Positions 53,537 to 64,000 of a stretch of 64,000 bases of DNA are shown piece by piece. Below the pieces are notes generated by a model. The model was not told where the DNA came from, ran no database searches, and worked only from the letters and a program-made list of their open reading frames with translations. Both the position numbers and the translations under genes were made by a program. This DNA comes from an uncultured delta proteobacterium (GTDB lineage Bacteria > Myxococcota_A > Polyangia > Polyangiales > Polyangiaceae), in the NCBI GenBank assembly GCA_963782055.1, contig CAWAIF010000003.1, positions 1,024,001 to 1,088,000 of the forward strand, written 5' to 3'. How positions within the stretch are numbered: position 1 is the stretch's first letter; each line of letters begins with the position of its first letter.

Positions 53537-54841
53537 ATGAAGAAGCTTCTCGTCCTCCTCGCGCTCGCCGCCGTCGCCCTGCCGGCGTGCGCGCACACCG
53601 TCACCCCGCACGCGGTCGACGCGCTCGTCGTCGCGCCAGCGAAGGCGCAGGAGCGACTGCCGACGCCCAGGCTGCTCGCCGCGCTCGGGTCGAAGATGCT
53701 GCCCGCTTCGCGTGACTCGGTCGTCATCGCGCGCCTCACGCTGGACAGCGAGTCCGACGCCAAGGTCGCGCGGCCTCCGCTCAACGTCGCCCTCTGCATC
53801 GACACCTCCGGATCCATGGACGGCAAGGCGATCGAGGACGCGCGCAAGGCGGCGCAGACGTTCCTCGACGGCCTGCGGCCGGGCGACGGCTTCTCCGTCG
53901 TCACCTTCGACTCCACCGCGCGCGTGGTGGTGCCCGCCACCCACCTGCGCGACAAGGCGGAGCTGGCGGACGTTCGCAAGAGCATCGACGGCATCCACGC
54001 GGAGGGCACGACCGACATGGTGGACGGGCTCTCCCTCGCGGTGCAGCAGGTGGAGAAGCTCTACGACGCGTCGCGTGTGAACCGCGTGGTGCTCCTGGGT
54101 GACGGCGTGCCGAACGACGCCAGCCGGCTGCGGACGATCGCGCAGCAGGCCGCCGGGCGCGGGGTGAGCATCTCCACCGTCGGCCTGGGCCTGGACTACG
54201 ACGAGATCCTGATGGGCGACATCGCCCAGACCGCCGGCGGCCGCTTCGAGTACGTCGACGACTCCTCGAAGATCGCCTCGTACTTCGCCGAGGAGCTCTC
54301 GCACATCAGCCGCGTCTCGGCGCGCCAGGCGCGGGTGCGCCTCTCCCCCGGGCCGGGCGTCACCATCGAGGGCGTCATCGGCTTCCCCGTCTCGCCCGCC
54401 GGCGCCGGGGCGGTGGACGTGTACGTCGGCGACCTCAGCCTGGGCACCAGGCGGGACCTCTTCGTGAAGATGCGCGTCCACGGCCGCCGGGACGGCGCCT
54501 CGGTGGAGCTCGCCGACGCGACGCTCTCCTTCACCGCGTCCGACGGCACGCCGGGCAGCGACCACGTCTTCCTCGGCGCGCACTCGTCGGGCGAGGACGC
54601 GAAGGTCGCCGCCGGACGTGACGCGAGCGTGGAGCACGACGCGAAGAAGGCGCAGCAGGCCGCCGACGCGATCGAGGCGATTCGCAAGGCCCGCGAGTCG
54701 GACCGCGCCTCCAGCGGCGCCGCGGGGCTCGGCGGGGGCGGCGGCGTGAAGCGTCCGGTCGCGCCACGCCCCCCGCCCATGGCCCCCGCGCAGGTCAAGC
54801 GCGAGCACGCCGCCGCCATGAGCACCCTCATGGGCGAGTGA
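53537..54841 (+). CDS. von Willebrand factor A domain lipoprotein
   Basis: Lipobox LPAC; MIDAS DTSGSM, GTTDM, LLGDG; VGLGLDYDE. Confidence 0.9.
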   Translation: MKKLLVLLALAAVALPACAHTVTPHAVDALVVAPAKAQERLPTPRLLAALGSKMLPASRDSVVIARLTLDSESDAKVARPPLNVALCIDTSGSMDGKAIEDARKAAQTFLDGLRPGDGFSVVTFDSTARVVVPATHLRDKAELADVRKSIDGIHAEGTTDMVDGLSLAVQQVEKLYDASRVNRVVLLGDGVPNDASRLRTIAQQAAGRGVSISTVGLGLDYDEILMGDIAQTAGGRFEYVDDSSKIASYFAEELSHISRVSARQARVRLSPGPGVTIEGVIGFPVSPAGAGAVDVYVGDLSLGTRRDLFVKMRVHGRRDGASVELADATLSFTASDGTPGSDHVFLGAHSSGEDAKVAAGRDASVEHDAKKAQQAADAIEAIRKARESDRASSGAAGLGGGGGVKRPVAPRPPPMAPAQVKREHAAAMSTLMGE

Positions 54842-54859
54842 GGCCGCGCGCGTCGCGCT

Positions 54860-55779
54860 TCAAAGCGCGCGCCGGACGAAGATCTCTTCCAGCGTCTCGC
54901 GTCGCGGTGTCAGGCTCTGCACCTGCGCGCCGCGCGCGTGCGCGAGGTCCATCACCTTGCGGACATCCTCGTAGCCGTCCACCTCGACGACGTGGGCCGA
55001 GCCCATCGCGCGGCCGGGGAAGCCGGCCTGCTCCAGCGCGGCCACGCACTCCTCCGACGCGCCGGTGAGGGCGATCTCGCTGCGCGCGCCCGTCGCGCGG
55101 AGCAGCTCGGTGAGCTTCCCCGACTCCACGACCTCGCCCTTGCGCAGGATGCACACGCGGTCGCAGAGCATCTCCACGTCGGAGAGGATGTGGGTCGAGA
55201 AGAAGACGGTCTTGCCGCGCCCTCGCTCCTCCAGGATGAGATCCCGCACGTCCTTGCGGCCGACGGGGTCGAGCCCGCTCATCGGCTCGTCCAGGATGAG
55301 CAGGTCCGGGTCGTGCACGAGCGCCGAGGCGAGGCCGACCCGCTGGCCCATGCCCTTGGAGAGGGCGCGCACCGGCCTGTCGATGGCATCGCTCATCCCG
55401 ACCCGCGCGATCACCTCCTCGACGCGGCGGCCGAGATCCTTGCCCGGGACGCCGCTCAGGCGCCCGCACAAGCTCACGAACTCCCGCGGGGTGAGGTACG
55501 GGTAGACGTACGGGTTCTCCGGCAAGAAGCCCACGCGCTCCATCGCGGCGGGGGAGGGGGCCTCCCGCCCGAAGACGCGCGCGCTGCCGGAGGTGGGGAA
55601 GATCAACCCGGTGAGCATCTTGATGCTCGTCGTCTTGCCGGCGCCGTTGGGGCCGACGAAGCCGAAGACCTCCCCCTGCTTCACCTCCAGCGACACGCCG
55701 CGCACCGCCTCCACCTTCCGGCCGGAGAAGGGCTTGCGGAAGGTCTTGCTCAGCTTCTCGGTGACGAGGACCGGCTCGC

Positions 55780-55783
<4 letters not shown>
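54860..55783 (-). CDS. ABC transporter ATP-binding protein
   Basis: GPNGAGKTT, signature [23 protein letters not shown]. Confidence 0.93.
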
Positions 55784-57194
<1,411 letters not shown>

Positions 57195-57347
57195 CGCGGG
57201 GAGCATAGATCGAAGGGCTCGAGCGCGCCGACCCTGAACCGCCCGCGACCGCCTCGCGGGGCCCCGGGGGCGCCGGGACCGGCCGCGTAAAAGGGGCCTT
57301 TTCCCTTTTTCACCTCATCAAAAAGGGTGTTACAACCTCGGCTCAGC

Positions 57348-59609
57348 ATGAACAGGCACTCCGCTTTCTCCCGGTGTGTTGTTGGCTCGATCCCTGGGCT
57401 CCTCGCCCTCGGCCTCGTGTCGAGTCCGGCGTACGCGCAGAAGATCACCTTCGGAGGCGGGGGTGCTGCACAGCCCTCCGGCAACGCCGCGACCGGCTCG
57501 GCCGGCGCGGCGGCACCGAAGCCTGCCGCCACCAAGGCGCCGCCGCCCGCCGCGACGCCCAAGACGGGCACCACCGAGAAGGTGGAGGAGACTCCGGAGA
57601 CGTCCGAGTGGAGCGACCGCGACAGCGCCGCGGACGAGGCGGCCTCGCTGCCCGGCGGCCTGGGGCTGCTGCACGTCGAGCACGCGCAGCCCGGCAAGTC
57701 CGGGCAGTTCCGCCTGGCGTTCACGCCCGAGTTCTTCTCGGCGAGCTTCCAGTGCACCTCGGTCTACCCGTGCCCCAACCCGAACGGCGGGGACGCGCTG
57801 ACCAGCGGCACCAGCACCAACCACATCGGCGGCACCATCGCCGTCGGCGTCTCCATCCTGGACTGGCTGGAGGCCTACGCGTCGACGGGTGCCTACGCCA
57901 ACTCCAACGACGCCAACCGCCCGTCCCTGCTGCAGGTGCTCGGCGACACCACCTTTGGCGTCAAGGGTGCCTACGACTTCAAGACCAAGTGGCTGTGGGT
58001 GGGCTTCGCCCCCGAGCTGCACCTCGTCAACGGCACCGGCTCCGTCGGCCTCAGCGGCTCCGGCACCGGCGCGCGCTTCCCGCTGCTCGCGACGATGGAC
58101 ATGCGCCAGATGAAGAAGCGCATCCCCCTGCGCGTCAGCCTCAACCTCGCCTACAACGTGGACAACTCCGGCGAGGTCGTGACCGACACCGAGGCCGCGC
58201 GCGGCACGCCCGACTCCCCCCAGCCGATCACCCGGATCGAGCGCTTCGGCCTGAAGATCAACCGCGTCGATCACTTCGACATCGGCCTGGGCGCCGAGAC
58301 GTTCCTGGTGCACGACCGCATCCGGCCCTTCGTCGAGTTCTCGATGCTCGCGCCGATCAACCGCCAGGGCTACGCCTGCCACACCAACAACCCGAGCAGC
58401 GACAACTGCCTCGCCTCCGACACCGTGATCCCGACGACCCTGACCCTCGGCGGCCGCTTCTACCCGTGGAAGCGCGGCTTCAGCCTGCTGGCGGCGGTGG
58501 ACATCGGCATGACCGGCGTCGCCAACTTCATCGAGGAGATCGCCCCCAACGCCCCGTACACCGTCTACCTCGGCGCCGGCTGGGCCATCGACACCTGGGA
58601 GCGCCCGCCGGTCGAGAAGACGAAGATGGTGGAGAAGGTGGTGGCCGCCACGCCGCCGCCGGAGGCCAAGATCAAGGGCTTCGTCCACGAGAAGGACAAG
58701 ACCGACGTCGCCGTGCCCAACGCGATCGTCGCGTGGGACAACCACCCCGAGCTGACCTCCCTCGTCGCCGGCGCGGACGGCCACTTCATCACGCAGTCGC
58801 TGCCCGTCGGCAAGTACACCTTCGCCGTCAAGGGCGACGGCTACAAGGACGGCTCCTGCGCCGCCGCGGTGCAGGCCGCCGGCAAGGACGTGACGATCGA
58901 CTGCCCGCTGGAGGCGCTCCCCCGCGTCGGCACCCTCGTGGGGCACGTGCGCGACGCCGAGAGCAACGCCCCGGTGCCCAACGCGACGGTCAAGCTGAAG
59001 GACGCGTCGGGCAAGGAGCTGCAGGTCACCGCGGACTCCGGCGGCGGCTACAAGTTCGAGGGCGTCGCCCCCGGCAATGGCTCGCTCTCGGTCGAGGCCG
59101 ATGACTACCTGAGCTTCGTCGAGCCGGCGGACGTCAAGGTCCGCCAGGAAGTGACGACCGACGCGATCATCCGCAAGCGGCCGAAGAAGTCGCTGGTCCG
59201 GGTCACCAAGAAGGAGATCCAGATCAAGCAGCAGATCCAGTTCGCGCTGGATCAGGCCGTCATCCTTCCGGAGTCGGTCCCGCTGCTGACCGAGATCGCC
59301 GACGTGCTCATCCACAACCCGGAGATCAAGCGCGTCGAGATCCAGGGCCACACCGACAACTCCGGTACGCCGGCGCACAACCAGACGCTCAGCGAGCAGC
59401 GGGCGGACTCGGTCAAGACCTGGCTGCAGCAGCACGGCGTGAACACCGAGCTGGAGGCGAAGGGCTACGGCCAGACCCGCCCGCTGGTGCCCAACGTCAC
59501 CGCCGCCAACAAGGCGAAGAACCGCCGCGTCCAGTTCATCATCCTGGAGCGCGAGGGTGCGGCCCCGGCCGCCGGTGGCGCGAAGCACCGCCAGCCCCCG
59601 CCGTTCTGA
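57348..59609 (+). CDS. OmpA-family outer-membrane protein with carboxypeptidase-regulatory-like repeats
   Basis: Signal peptide (AYA-Q), beta-rich barrel-like region, two VPNA-type repeats, OmpA_C motifs IQGHTD, LSEQRADSV, GYG, NRRVQF. Confidence 0.88.
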   Translation: MNRHSAFSRCVVGSIPGLLALGLVSSPAYAQKITFGGGGAAQPSGNAATGSAGAAAPKPAATKAPPPAATPKTGTTEKVEETPETSEWSDRDSAADEAASLPGGLGLLHVEHAQPGKSGQFRLAFTPEFFSASFQCTSVYPCPNPNGGDALTSGTSTNHIGGTIAVGVSILDWLEAYASTGAYANSNDANRPSLLQVLGDTTFGVKGAYDFKTKWLWVGFAPELHLVNGTGSVGLSGSGTGARFPLLATMDMRQMKKRIPLRVSLNLAYNVDNSGEVVTDTEAARGTPDSPQPITRIERFGLKINRVDHFDIGLGAETFLVHDRIRPFVEFSMLAPINRQGYACHTNNPSSDNCLASDTVIPTTLTLGGRFYPWKRGFSLLAAVDIGMTGVANFIEEIAPNAPYTVYLGAGWAIDTWERPPVEKTKMVEKVVAATPPPEAKIKGFVHEKDKTDVAVPNAIVAWDNHPELTSLVAGADGHFITQSLPVGKYTFAVKGDGYKDGSCAAAVQAAGKDVTIDCPLEALPRVGTLVGHVRDAESNAPVPNATVKLKDASGKELQVTADSGGGYKFEGVAPGNGSLSVEADDYLSFVEPADVKVRQEVTTDAIIRKRPKKSLVRVTKKEIQIKQQIQFALDQAVILPESVPLLTEIADVLIHNPEIKRVEIQGHTDNSGTPAHNQTLSEQRADSVKTWLQQHGVNTELEAKGYGQTRPLVPNVTAANKAKNRRVQFIILEREGAAPAAGGAKHRQPPPF

Positions 59610-59610
59610 G

Positions 59611-59650
59611 CCTCACCCCCCGGCCCCCTCTCCACTTCGTGGCGAGGGGG
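59611..59650. repeat. REP-like palindromic repeat, copy 3
   Basis: CCTCACCCCCCGGCCCCCTCTCCAC-TTC-GTGGCGAGGGGG between convergent genes. Confidence 0.65.
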
Positions 59651-59667
59651 AGGAGGAAGAGGCCCGC

Positions 59668-61545
<1,878 letters not shown>

Positions 61546-61657
61546 TCAAAGGTCGGGGCCGTCAAGGGCCCGCGGGTCGCGGCCGGCACCGAGGCCCGGC
61601 CGGCGAGCCCGGGGACCGGCCGGCTCGGGGGGCCGGAAACAAGGCGTCAGGTCACTC

Positions 61658-61686
61658 TTGATTACGCCCTACATCGGAGCTATCTT
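61658..61686 (+). promoter_or_regulatory. Putative sigma70 promoter of rimP-nusA
   Basis: TTGATT-17 nt-TATCTT. Confidence 0.65.
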
Positions 61687-61711
61687 CCGCGCCCCAGTTG
61701 GTGGTTTTGTG

Positions 61712-61747
61712 ACGCGGACCCCAATCCGGGGCGCCGCGTTTTTTTTT
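61712..61747 (+). terminator. Terminator/attenuator in the rimP leader
   Basis: ACGCGG-ACCCC...GGGG-CG-CCGCGT stem followed by a T9 run, between the promoter and the rimP start. Confidence 0.65.
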
Positions 61748-61769
61748 CCCCCTGTCTCCGTTCCAACCG

Positions 61770-62345
61770 ATGACCCACGCTTTTCGCTCCTCTCCCGACA
61801 CGCTCGGCGGCGCGCTCCGGCTCGACCGCGCGAAGCTGCTGTCCATCGTGGAGCCGGTGGCGCGCGCGCACGGGGCGGAGATCAGCGACGTGGAGCTCAC
61901 CAACGAGGGCGGCTGGATCCTGCGCGTCTTCGTCGAGAAGGCGGGGAGCGCGGCCCGCAAGGCCACCACGCAAGAGGCGGCGGTGGACCTCGAGCTCTGC
62001 GCGGGCCTCGCGCGCGACCTCTCCCCCGCGCTGGACGTGGCGGACCTCATTCCGGCTCGCTACCACCTGGAGGTCAGCTCCCCGGGCGTCGAACGTCCTC
62101 TTCGCGACGAGTCGGACTTCGACCGCTTCGCCGGTCAGAAGGCCAAGCTCAAGCTTCGCACGCCGGTCTCGGGACAGAAGGTCCTGGTCGGCGTGATCTC
62201 CGCGCCCACCGGCGGCAAGGTCCTCGTCGAGGACGGCGGGCGCAGCCACGAGGTCTCGCTCGACGACGTCGAGTGGGCTCGCCTCGTCTTCGAATTCGGG
62301 CCGGCGCCCAAACCCGGAAAAGGCCCGCGCGCCGGGCGCAGATAA
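61770..62345 (+). CDS. rimP: Ribosome maturation factor RimP
   Basis: [35 protein letters not shown]; upstream of nusA. Confidence 0.95.
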   Translation: MTHAFRSSPDTLGGALRLDRAKLLSIVEPVARAHGAEISDVELTNEGGWILRVFVEKAGSAARKATTQEAAVDLELCAGLARDLSPALDVADLIPARYHLEVSSPGVERPLRDESDFDRFAGQKAKLKLRTPVSGQKVLVGVISAPTGGKVLVEDGGRSHEVSLDDVEWARLVFEFGPAPKPGKGPRAGRR

Positions 62346-62366
62346 CGAGTGTCACCGAGGTAATCC

Positions 62367-64000
<1,634 letters not shown>

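Noticed and set aside
54828..55779. Apparent 320-aa C-terminal extension of the sigma54 regulator
   Set aside because: Arg/Gly/Pro-rich off-frame translation over the ABC ATPase; explained by a 1-bp indel in the G7 run.

Overview
Very GC-rich (about 70% or more by eye), gene-dense bacterial chromosome segment with a myxobacterial signature (Polyangiaceae/Labilithrix-like, inferred). It holds four Hanks-type Ser/Thr kinases, three sigma54 enhancer-binding proteins (one with an FHA domain), Cys-rich lipoproteins and TolQ/ExbD/ExbD (AglRQS-like) motor operons. These lie among housekeeping genes: mutS, gcvP, pspA, a P-type ATPase, lolC/E, rpmG, mreBCD-mrdA-rodA, thiC and rimP-nusA. I found no rRNA, tRNA, CRISPR array, transposase, integrase or prophage gene. 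The most unusual items are: a Ser/Thr kinase fused to a macrodomain; a membrane protein resembling a membrane pyrophosphatase (HppA) that has lost its catalytic motifs, just downstream of a proton-motor operon; two back-to-back TolQ-ExbD-ExbD operons; an orphan DNA methyltransferase coupled to a SAMHD1-like HD dNTPase; a probable homopolymer frameshift; and a recurring pattern of -10 boxes 6-10 nt before start codons (leaderless mRNAs). All product calls come from motif recognition by eye; no database search was run.
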